DNA of 64,000 nt from an uncultured Cytophagales bacterium (GTDB taxonomy: Bacteria; Bacteroidota; Bacteroidia; Cytophagales; Spirosomataceae): the NCBI GenBank assembly GCA_964559125.1, contig CAZLGW010000020.1:9555-73554 (forward strand), in the 5' to 3' direction. The notes beneath the pieces are model-generated. The model had not been told where the DNA came from. It worked only from the letters and a program-made list of their open reading frames with translations, and ran no database searches. This document shows positions 9,511-18,038 of this stretch, in pieces. Numbering within the stretch: the first letter of the stretch is position 1; the number at the start of each line of letters is the position of its first letter. The position numbers and the translations under genes were made by a program.

Positions 9511-12500
9511 TTAAAAAGTGAGGTTCAGACCAAACGACACAACCCTTTGCTGGGGATAATCCAGAGCCTGAGAATTAATAATTTCAGGGTCGTAGTTGAT
9601 GATGGGCGTGAACGTTAACAGATTCTGCGCTGCGACATAAACTCTTGCATTCTGAATGGCAACCTTTCGGCTTAAGTTTTCCGGAATAGAATAGGAAATA
9701 TTGATATTTTTTAGCCTTATATACCTGGAGTTGAACATCAGGTAAGACGACATCTGGTTATTGTTGGATGTTGGCGACGGGGTGATCCTTGCATGAGAAG
9801 CATTCCGGTTTTCCGGAGTCCAGTAATCCATGTTGCTTTTATAAGCCCCCCTTCCGTTATTAAATGGATGCCAGTAGCCGTTTTGACCGTAGATATTTGT
9901 TTTTCCGGCACCTTGAAACAGGATATCGACGGCGAAACGTTTATATTTTATATTTCCGAATATTCCGTAGATGATCTGTGGGATATCTGCCACACCGATT
10001 GGTACAATGTCGTTGACATCGATTTTTCCATCGCTATTTACATCCTTATATCGAACGTCACCAGGGGCAACGGCACCCCACGGCTGGGTAGCAATACCCG
10101 GAAGAAGATTCCCTTTATCGTCGAAATCTTCGACCTGGAAATACCCAAGCGACTCATAGCCGAAACGGGTTCCGAGGGGACGCCCGGTAACACGGCGGTT
10201 AGGATTGTCATAGGTTACAGCCGACTCAAATACCTGTATCAGTTTATTTTTTGCAAAAGTAAAGTTGGTGCCTACTGATACATTGACATCTTTACGGATG
10301 CTTTTGTTCAGGCTCAATGTAAGGTCTATACCACGGTTTGCCATTTCACCTGCGTTCGTCTGGCTCAGTGCGACTCCATATTCAACCGGTACTACAACCG
10401 TAGGGCTGGTGAGCATATTGGCCCTGTGTTCGTAAAAGTAATCTGCTTCCAGGTTGAGTAAGCCCTTCAGAAAGGTTCCTTCAATCCCGATATTGGTTTT
10501 GCGCGCTCGCTCCCAGGTAATATTCCGGTTAGCTTCAGCTCCTTCAGAAGCACCCTGAACTGCTGACCCGTCGAGTACGGCTGCGGGGCCATAAATATTG
10601 TAGAGACTCATGTACTGGAATGCAGAGCCGGCGAGAGCCCCAACTTCTCCATAGGATGCGCGCAGCTTCAGATTGTCGAGCCACGTGAGTCCTTTCATAA
10701 AGGTTTCCTCAGATAGTCGCCATCCCACTGAGAATGCGGGGAAGAAGCCAAATCTGGTTTCTCTCGGGAAATAGTAGCTGCCGTCATACCGGCCACTGGC
10801 TTCAAACAGGTATTTATCAGCATAATCATAGTTGAACCTGTAAACGATGCCCATTTGCCTTGCGCTGGAGGATAGGCCTGCGTTACTTATATCAGCTAAT
10901 GTTGAACTACCCATACTCAGTTCGTCAACGGTCAGGTTATAGTTACGACGGGTAGCGTTAAAATTCTCAGAATCGTTTGATTTTGCTTCGAAAACTGCCA
11001 GCGCGCCGATATGGCTTTTACCGAAAGAGTTGGAGTAACTCAAACTAGCCTGGTAGGTAAGTTGTTTCGCATATTCCATGCTTTGAGTCAGCGAGGGCTT
11101 GGTTTGTTCGAATATCCCATCGATAAAGACATAGGGCTTCTGCGTAGTGTCGACACTCCACATGTGTGAAGGAGTACGAAACGCTTTACTTCTGACCAGA
11201 GTGGGGTCGAATGCTACGGTGCCTTTTACCTTCAATCCTTTCAGGAAGTTTAAATCCTGCTCGATGGAAAGCTGAGAATAAATCTGAGTTGTATTGGTTT
11301 TAGCCCTGCCGCTGCCATGTACATTGTTCCAGACATAGACGCCGCTTTCACCGTTGGAAAACAGGATTGGCATATTAGGTGCTGCGTAGTGAACTAATTC
11401 AAATATTCGACCGGTCGAAATGGGAGGTGCATTATTGGTCTGCTCCCGGCCGTTTAAGCTAAAGGATACCCTTGTGGATTTGGTTACATCAGCGTCCAGA
11501 CTGATGGCATAATTGTACCGCGACTGGCTCGTGGGTTTCCAGAGACCGGCCTGATGCTGGTATCCTACGCTCGCATAATAACGTATTCTCTCGGCCCCAC
11601 CACTTAATTCCACATTATGTCCGGTGAGAGGGGTGTTCTTTTCAAATAGCATGTCGTATATATTCTGATTCGGGTGTCCGTCCGGATCAGAACCATCGCG
11701 GAATTTCCTGAGGCTTTCTTCAGAATACATGGGGGCGCCTCCTACACTGATACTCGCCTCATTTTTTAGTTTAGCGTACTCATAAGCTGTGGGAAGCTCG
11801 GGTAAGACAGTCGGATTCTGGAATCCCCAGTAGCCGTTATAAGAAATGGTAGGGGTACCCGATTTTCCGCGTTTTGTTGTAATCAGAACCACACCGTTTG
11901 CACCCGCCACTCCATAAGGAGCTACAGCCGCCGCGTCCTTCAAGACAGTAATGCTTTCAATTGTGTTAGGATCCAGGTTCTGGAAGCTCCGTGGGATATT
12001 ATCGACAATCAGCAACGGTTGTGTATTGCCCGTGGTCGCCACTCCCCGTATAAATATATTGCTTTGGTCTCTTCCCGGCTCTCCTGTATTCTGCCTTACG
12101 ATGAGGCCTGCTATTCGTCCGCCGATGGCATTGCTCATATTCGCTACCGGTACATTTGCAATTTCCTCACCTTTCATGCTTGACACTGCAGCTGTGACGG
12201 AAGTCTTTTTCTGCGTTCCGTACCCCACTACCACGACTTCTTCCAGTGATTTTTGATCTACCTTCAGCGACAGGTTGAGAAATGTCTCTGTGCCTACCTT
12301 TACTTCCTGCGTTTCATAACCTACAAAACTTAATACCAGTATAGCGCCTTCATAAATATCGAGCTGGAAATTCCCGTTCTCATCGGTGATGGTTCCTTGC
12401 TGGGTGCCTTTCACAAGAATGCTCACTCCCGGAAGAGCTTCCCCTTTTTCGTCGCTTACCTTTCCCCTTATAATTGGAGCAGTGACAAATTCAATCACCG

Positions 12501-12954
12501 ACTGGATATCGGGAAAGGAAGTTGAGGGAGTTGTCCGTGTTTGTGGCTTGTTTTTTACGAAAATGAGAATAGATCGGGCGTTTATCTGCTTGTATCCCAA
12601 ATGCGTATTCGACAGTACAAGATCCAGCGTGGTTTTAATATCACGCTTCATTTTAGGTAAACTTATATCCTTATACGTCTCCACTTCGTTCATCGGCATG
12701 ACAAACGAAAGTCCCGTTTTCTGCTCGATCCGTTTCAGTACCGTCCTGAGGCTTTCCTGCTGGGCGCTCAACGTAACCGTCATCTGATGAAGTTCCTGGC
12801 TGTTGCCCGAGCTGGCAGTCAGAAGCTGGATCGTGCCGAGAAGCAATATGAAATAGGATAGGGTGATCCGCATAGCTGACCGGATTAAGGTGTGCTTCCA
12901 GGGTATTTGCTTTGACCGGAAACAGCACGCAATCTTAGTTAAAGATAATTGCAT
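9511..12954 (-). CDS. SusC/RagA TonB-dependent transporter with N-terminal STN signalling extension (locus 1)
   Basis: STN-like N-terminus, LEEVVVVGYGTQKK, IESITVLKDAAAVAPYG...ANGVVLITTKRG plug, terminal GLNLTF. Confidence 0.96.
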   Translation of the reverse strand: MQLSLTKIACCFRSKQIPWKHTLIRSAMRITLSYFILLLGTIQLLTASSGNSQELHQMTVTLSAQQESLRTVLKRIEQKTGLSFVMPMNEVETYKDISLPKMKRDIKTTLDLVLSNTHLGYKQINARSILIFVKNKPQTRTTPSTSFPDIQSVIEFVTAPIIRGKVSDEKGEALPGVSILVKGTQQGTITDENGNFQLDIYEGAILVLSFVGYETQEVKVGTETFLNLSLKVDQKSLEEVVVVGYGTQKKTSVTAAVSSMKGEEIANVPVANMSNAIGGRIAGLIVRQNTGEPGRDQSNIFIRGVATTGNTQPLLIVDNIPRSFQNLDPNTIESITVLKDAAAVAPYGVAGANGVVLITTKRGKSGTPTISYNGYWGFQNPTVLPELPTAYEYAKLKNEASISVGGAPMYSEESLRKFRDGSDPDGHPNQNIYDMLFEKNTPLTGHNVELSGGAERIRYYASVGYQHQAGLWKPTSQSRYNYAISLDADVTKSTRVSFSLNGREQTNNAPPISTGRIFELVHYAAPNMPILFSNGESGVYVWNNVHGSGRAKTNTTQIYSQLSIEQDLNFLKGLKVKGTVAFDPTLVRSKAFRTPSHMWSVDTTQKPYVFIDGIFEQTKPSLTQSMEYAKQLTYQASLSYSNSFGKSHIGALAVFEAKSNDSENFNATRRNYNLTVDELSMGSSTLADISNAGLSSSARQMGIVYRFNYDYADKYLFEASGRYDGSYYFPRETRFGFFPAFSVGWRLSEETFMKGLTWLDNLKLRASYGEVGALAGSAFQYMSLYNIYGPAAVLDGSAVQGASEGAEANRNITWERARKTNIGIEGTFLKGLLNLEADYFYEHRANMLTSPTVVVPVEYGVALSQTNAGEMANRGIDLTLSLNKSIRKDVNVSVGTNFTFAKNKLIQVFESAVTYDNPNRRVTGRPLGTRFGYESLGYFQVEDFDDKGNLLPGIATQPWGAVAPGDVRYKDVNSDGKIDVNDIVPIGVADIPQIIYGIFGNIKYKRFAVDILFQGAGKTNIYGQNGYWHPFNNGRGAYKSNMDYWTPENRNASHARITPSPTSNNNQMSSYLMFNSRYIRLKNINISYSIPENLSRKVAIQNARVYVAAQNLLTFTPIINYDPEIINSQALDYPQQRVVSFGLNLTF

Positions 12955-13090
12955 AACTTTACGTGTTTTTAATAGTTACTGATTAGTTGTTAAGAACATC
13001 CGGCCATCCGGCTCCTACCCCGGGTGGCCATTCTTTATTCATTTTTAATAGATGATCATAGGCATAAGAGTTTAGGTTAATAGTCCATTC

Positions 13091-14116
13091 TCAGGGCTCG
13101 CATGCAATACCGCCGGTAATCGTAATCATATCATTTTTTTTGCTGTAGTCCGCCTGCCTTATACCGCATACCATTTCAAGGATCTGGTCGAGGCTTTCAT
13201 TTTCCAGGAACCACGCGCTGATACGGCAGTTTTCGATATCAGGATTTTCGATGTCGATACGGCCGCCAAAATACCCCTGCAATATATCGGCCGCCTGCCG
13301 GAGCGGGATGTCGTCGAAAATAATACTCTGCGATTTCCATGCGATTTCTTCGACAGCTTTAACATCCGTTTTTTTGAAGTCGCTGGTGAGCGTATTGACG
13401 GTGAGCCGCTCGTCGGGATGGACCAGGCTGAGCGCCTGAATTTTGTCTGATACCTCTACCAGTCCTCTTTCAACCGTAACGATCACATTCCTGTCCCTGG
13501 CATTGACGTTAAAGGCTGTGCCCAGCACATTGGTCGAAATGTTGCCTGTGCGTACGACAAACGGTTTGTTGTTGTCGTGAATGATATCGAAAAACGCTTC
13601 TCCTTTCAGGGTTACTTCCCGAGGACCATCGCCGAAAGGGAGGCTGTAGCTGAGCTCGCTGTTGTCGTTGAGCAGCACCGTACTGCCATCGGGGAGCCTT
13701 ATGAAGTCCTTCTTGGTAAAGCTAACGACCGATTCATCGCCTGAGTATTCCTTAACAGATGTAAGGGTAGGGATTGTTGCAGGCGAAGAGAAAAAAAACC
13801 ACCATCCTGCACCCAGGAAAAGCACGAGCATAGCTGCGATGCGCGTCCAGTACCAGATGGATACAGGCTGTCTTTCGTAAGCTTCCGGGTCGCTCCGGCG
13901 ACTGAGTATTTTTTCGTACAACTGATCGGCGTCTACAGGAGCCGGCAGCTCTTTCGATTGCTCGATAAGCCTCTCCATGTAGCGGACCAGATCTTCCCGG
14001 AAATGATCCTTGTACCGACCGGTCAGGACGAGCGATTTTAGCTCTTCCTCTTCTTCCCGTGTGGTCTTTTTATTGACGTATCTCTCCAGGAGATAGCTAA
14101 ATCGACTGTCATTCAT
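13091..14116 (-). CDS. FecR family anti-sigma factor (locus 1)
   Basis: One transmembrane helix; LPDGSTVLLNDNSEL, REVTLKGEAFFDI, VLGTAFNV; directly upstream of susC. Confidence 0.93.
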   Translation of the reverse strand: MNDSRFSYLLERYVNKKTTREEEEELKSLVLTGRYKDHFREDLVRYMERLIEQSKELPAPVDADQLYEKILSRRSDPEAYERQPVSIWYWTRIAAMLVLFLGAGWWFFFSSPATIPTLTSVKEYSGDESVVSFTKKDFIRLPDGSTVLLNDNSELSYSLPFGDGPREVTLKGEAFFDIIHDNNKPFVVRTGNISTNVLGTAFNVNARDRNVIVTVERGLVEVSDKIQALSLVHPDERLTVNTLTSDFKKTDVKAVEEIAWKSQSIIFDDIPLRQAADILQGYFGGRIDIENPDIENCRISAWFLENESLDQILEMVCGIRQADYSKKNDMITITGGIACEP

Positions 14117-14293
14117 ATGTAAAACTCCGGGTACGGCCCGGTATTTCAGGTTAAAGGTGTTCTGATGATCTATAAATATAGAGTAGACCCGCGACAGGAT
14201 AGGGACAGTCGGGGGTGAAATTTTTTTATATTAAGTTTAAAGTTTTCAAACCGGCAGATTATTGTACCCCTGCTCCCGGAGAAAGTCTCGTGC

Positions 14294-15832
14294 TTATTGG
14301 AAGCGGAACGCGTATAGTTTGGTATCCCGCATCACAAACCGCAGTCTTATTGTTTTTCCGCCCAGGGTTTTCACACTTTCTTTACCCCGCCATTTTACCG
14401 GGTAGCGAACAGAATTGCCCACTATCCACTCGGAATCTTCCAGCGTGTATCCCGGGATCGGTGTTCCATCCTCTTCCAGCAACTCCACCCGAATGCTGCC
14501 CCCTCCTCCGGTATCAGTGTTGAGCTCCAGGCGCTCACCTGTAAACCTGACCGGTTTTGTGACTACTTCTCCCACGGCATCGTATGGGGTATCCAGGGAA
14601 ACAAAGCCATCCAGCCGCAGCACAGCGCGTGTAATGGCAGACTGTTTCTTTCCGCCAGGCGACATAGGGTCTGTACGCCCGGCCCTGTCCCAGTTTACGC
14701 CGCAATAGTAAAACCAGATTTCATCTCCCATCACGATGGGATTGGGCATCGCCCATATCTGCTTTGAGTCAAAGCGCCCGAGCGGGCCCGGGGAGATGAA
14801 CGACTTGCGGTTTCCCGCCTTACTGAAATGCGATCCGTCCCGGCTTACCGCCAGCCTGATATCTCTGGTTCCCGGCTCACTGGTACCCTGGAATTCCGTG
14901 CCGGAGGTCCAATGCCAAAACGCCTGCTTCAGCATGATGTAAACATCCTTCGTCTCGGAATAGGGATACACCGTGGCCCCGTAATAGTCAACCGGGTTAT
15001 GGCGGACTGTATCGGAATAGGTGCTCAGGTCTATGAAGTCCGGCCAAAGCACGACCCCGGTATCCTCCACTTCCTTATAATCGTGCAGAATCGCCCGTCT
15101 GACGCCTCTTCTTCTTCTGCCCCGGTTTTCGCCGTCTTTCCGTTCTACGAAATGCCGTCCGTAGAATACGTATTTCTCTTCAGCTTCATCCCAGAAAACG
15201 ATGGTTTGCGTATCGTAAGGGCCGTTTGGGTTCAGCTCCGAAAAGAATTTCCAGTGGATACCGTCCGGAGAGGAATGCATATGAAGCTTCCCTGACGGAT
15301 ATACTTTAGCCTGGGTCTTAAACCGGTGGGCAGGTGGCGCCTTGGGGTCAATCCATACGGCGGAGCCTCCTATGATACCCGGTAATACGACATTATTCTT
15401 TTTTGATCCTTCGAGGGCATGCTGCTCCACCACCGGTTTTACAAAATGTATACCATCCTCCGATTCGGCATAACCCACATGCCGGTCGTGGTCATACGGG
15501 TCTGTCTTGCTTTTTTGCCGCAGGAAATCATACCAGATCTTTACCTTGCCGTCCGCATCTTTCAAAACGCTTGAGTAAAGATAGATTTCCCCTCCGGCCT
15601 CATGGGGAAGGTCGGCCGTAATCAGCGCTTCTCCCATAGGATGGGGCTGGTTCATTACGAAATCCACGGAGTGACGGGATTCGATCAGTTCATCGTCGAT
15701 AAAGAGCTGCTTGGTATTGCCAATGTCCTTTACTTTCCCCGGTTCGGATAGTTGCGCTTTTGTTACCGTCAGGCTACCTAAAACAGTCAACAGCAGAAGC
15801 AGGCCCGTTTTATTCTTTTGATTTTTGCTCAT
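14294..15832 (-). CDS. Secreted hypothetical protein, beta-propeller glycoside-hydrolase-like (GH32/GH43-clan-like, unassigned)
   Basis: Signal peptide; three Asp-box-like motifs (ESEDGIHF, SSPDGIHW, VSRDGSHF); C-terminal beta-sandwich-like region LRLDGFVSL...LYAFRF. Confidence 0.6.
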   Translation of the reverse strand: MSKNQKNKTGLLLLLTVLGSLTVTKAQLSEPGKVKDIGNTKQLFIDDELIESRHSVDFVMNQPHPMGEALITADLPHEAGGEIYLYSSVLKDADGKVKIWYDFLRQKSKTDPYDHDRHVGYAESEDGIHFVKPVVEQHALEGSKKNNVVLPGIIGGSAVWIDPKAPPAHRFKTQAKVYPSGKLHMHSSPDGIHWKFFSELNPNGPYDTQTIVFWDEAEEKYVFYGRHFVERKDGENRGRRRRGVRRAILHDYKEVEDTGVVLWPDFIDLSTYSDTVRHNPVDYYGATVYPYSETKDVYIMLKQAFWHWTSGTEFQGTSEPGTRDIRLAVSRDGSHFSKAGNRKSFISPGPLGRFDSKQIWAMPNPIVMGDEIWFYYCGVNWDRAGRTDPMSPGGKKQSAITRAVLRLDGFVSLDTPYDAVGEVVTKPVRFTGERLELNTDTGGGGSIRVELLEEDGTPIPGYTLEDSEWIVGNSVRYPVKWRGKESVKTLGGKTIRLRFVMRDTKLYAFRFQ

Positions 15833-15838
15833 TATAAT

Positions 15839-15922
15839 TTAAGACAAGTCTTCCTCCTCTTGCCGCGTGGCCTTTCTATTGACGGATCTCTCCGGGAGAT
15901 AGCTAAATCGACTGTCATTCAG
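15839..15922 (-). pseudogene. Degenerate duplicate of the first ~25 codons of the locus-1 fecR
   Basis: Manual alignment to 14116-14042 gives 66/75 nt identical, including a 27-nt perfect run; start ATG changed to CTG; frame ends in TAA at 15841-15839. Confidence 0.9.
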
Positions 15923-16512
15923 ATGATCTCCCACTCAAACAGGATCAGTAAATACAGACCTACGTGAGGCGAAAGATTCCGGCGAAGAAACTGCAACGCC
16001 CTAACCATGTGATTTTTGACAGTACCCTGGGAAAGGTTTAGTTCCCTGGCTATGGCTTCGTGGGTCATTCCTTCTTCGCGGGCCATTTTGAATACCTGTT
16101 TCTGCTGGGGAGGGAGTTTATCGACCAACTCTGCCAACATCTCTTCGTACTGGCTGGTACGGATACTGAAATCAGTGTCATTGACGACAGGGTCAAGGCT
16201 TTCCGTATACGCTTCCCTGCTCCTGGTTTCTGTGGCCCATTTCCTGAACAACGCATATACCTGGTGGTGTGTCATGGTGACCAGGTAGCTTTCAAGATTT
16301 CTTACGGCTGTGAACTGATCGCGCCTGTCCCACAGCGAACAGAAAACCTCTTGTACGACATCGCCGGCCAGATCCGGAGAACGCAGATACCTGATGGCAG
16401 CCTTGTAGACTACTTTCCAGTACCTGTCGTAAATCTCTCTGAAAGCCTGGCCCTCTCCGGCGGCCAGCCGTTGCAAAGTATCGTCCGGATGTAGTATATT
16501 GTGCGTATCCAT
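15919..16512 (-). CDS. ECF sigma-70 factor (Bacteroides expansion family 1; locus 1)
   Basis: AFREIYDRYW, DVVQEVFCSLW, LPPQQKQVFKMAREEGMTHEAIARELNLSQGTVKNHMVRAL. Confidence 0.93.
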   Translation of the reverse strand: MDTHNILHPDDTLQRLAAGEGQAFREIYDRYWKVVYKAAIRYLRSPDLAGDVVQEVFCSLWDRRDQFTAVRNLESYLVTMTHHQVYALFRKWATETRSREAYTESLDPVVNDTDFSIRTSQYEEMLAELVDKLPPQQKQVFKMAREEGMTHEAIARELNLSQGTVKNHMVRALQFLRRNLSPHVGLYLLILFEWEII

Positions 16513-16641
16513 ACGATGATTTGCGTGTCGTCAGGTAAAAGTAGCGAATAAGATTAACCGTTCGGACAAATATAGTAAAAACAAATATTCCTCTGAATAT
16601 TTATAGATAATGCAGCCAGTAAATATAGTGGAAGACCGGGG

Positions 16642-17937
16642 CTATTTCCCGGTAGTAGCGATCTCACGGATCGCCCTGACAAGCTTGTCAAGCTCCGGTA
16701 AGCGGGTGTACACGTGAGGGGTGACGCGTACGGCGTTCACATTTTCATATTCGATGCCGACGGTGTGGATCTTGTACCTGGTGAACAAAGTTTTCTCCAG
16801 TTCCTGCGCGGGAATCCCTTCTATGCTTACGCCGCAGATGGCGCACGAATAGGCGGCTTTCAGCGAAGTTTTCAACTTTACTTTCGGGATATCTACGACC
16901 TGCTCGGCCCAGTAATTCTTCAGAAATCTTATCCGTTCCTCCTTTCGTTTATTCCCGATAGCAAGCTGGAAATTAATGGCTTCGCCTATTCCCTGCTCGA
17001 TCGGGAAGCTGCGGGTTCCCAGGGTTTCAAATTTCCTGATATTGGGCGTATCGGGAGCGCCGTTACCCAGCAGCGGCCATATCTTTGAGATATTGCTTTT
17101 CCTGATCCACATCATACCGCTGCCTATCGGTGCGCTCAGGAATTTGTGCAGTGACGTGGCAAAGTAGTCGCAATCCAGATCAGGGATCTTAAAATCGAGC
17201 AATGCAAAGGAATGTGCACCGTCGCAGACTACTTCGAGACCTCTCCTGTGGGCCATGTCGCAGATCTTCCTGACCGGCATGATCTGCCCTACCCAGTTAA
17301 TGACATGGGTGACGTGTATGATCTTCGTTTTTGGTGTTATGGCCTTTTCGTAGGCTGCTACAATCTCTTCGTCGTTCTCGATCGGGAAATCGAATGTAAG
17401 CTGTTTGTACACTATTTTGTCCCGCATGGCGCGTTGCTTCCAGGCATTCATGTGATTGGGGTAGTCCAGCTTACAGCCGATCACTTCATCGCCGGCTTTG
17501 AGATCCAGGCCGAAAATAATGGTGTTCAGAGATTCGGTACAATTGCGGTTGACGGCAATTTCCTCTTTGTCGCAGCCGGCTAGTTGCGCCAGCTTTTCAC
17601 GCAATGGCTCCCTTCCCTGGTCGAGTATATGCCACATAAAGTAAGAAGGCCCTTCATTGGAAAGCCTGTTATATCGCTCGACGGCCTCCTGCACTACGCG
17701 TGGTGAGGGGCTTACGCCACCGTTATTGAGGTTGATCAGGTTAGGACTAGTGGTATATGCCTGCTGGATAATGCTCCAGTAGTCTTCATTTTTCGCTATT
17801 TCAACCGGAGACAGGTGTTTTATGCGGCTATCGGCCGAAGACAACTCAGCCGCGTGCAACTGGTTGAACAGACTGTTGGAGGAGAAAGCGCCGGCTAATA
17901 AGCCCAGCTCACGAAAAAAATGCCTGCGTCCCGACAT
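16642..17937 (-). CDS. Tat-exported class V PLP-dependent enzyme (isopenicillin-N-epimerase-like)
   Basis: MSGRRHFF Tat signal; INLNNGGVSP, DGAH, SLHKFL PLP lysine, VRVTPHVY. Confidence 0.85.
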   Translation of the reverse strand: MSGRRHFFRELGLLAGAFSSNSLFNQLHAAELSSADSRIKHLSPVEIAKNEDYWSIIQQAYTTSPNLINLNNGGVSPSPRVVQEAVERYNRLSNEGPSYFMWHILDQGREPLREKLAQLAGCDKEEIAVNRNCTESLNTIIFGLDLKAGDEVIGCKLDYPNHMNAWKQRAMRDKIVYKQLTFDFPIENDEEIVAAYEKAITPKTKIIHVTHVINWVGQIMPVRKICDMAHRRGLEVVCDGAHSFALLDFKIPDLDCDYFATSLHKFLSAPIGSGMMWIRKSNISKIWPLLGNGAPDTPNIRKFETLGTRSFPIEQGIGEAINFQLAIGNKRKEERIRFLKNYWAEQVVDIPKVKLKTSLKAAYSCAICGVSIEGIPAQELEKTLFTRYKIHTVGIEYENVNAVRVTPHVYTRLPELDKLVRAIREIATTGK

Positions 17938-18038
17938 CGTATTTTTGTAAGTTTAATAAAGACGAAACAGCGACAGGAAAGGCTTCCTGCAAGCCGTTCC
18001 CGTCACCATTTCACAATTTACTGAATTTGCCTGCCCGG

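Noticed and set aside
12380-12460. Identical peptide PGVSILVKGTQQGTITDENGN in both SusC proteins (second copy near 22980-23060) as evidence of recent duplication
   Set aside because: The codons differ at many synonymous positions; this reflects ordinary conservation of the N-terminal domain
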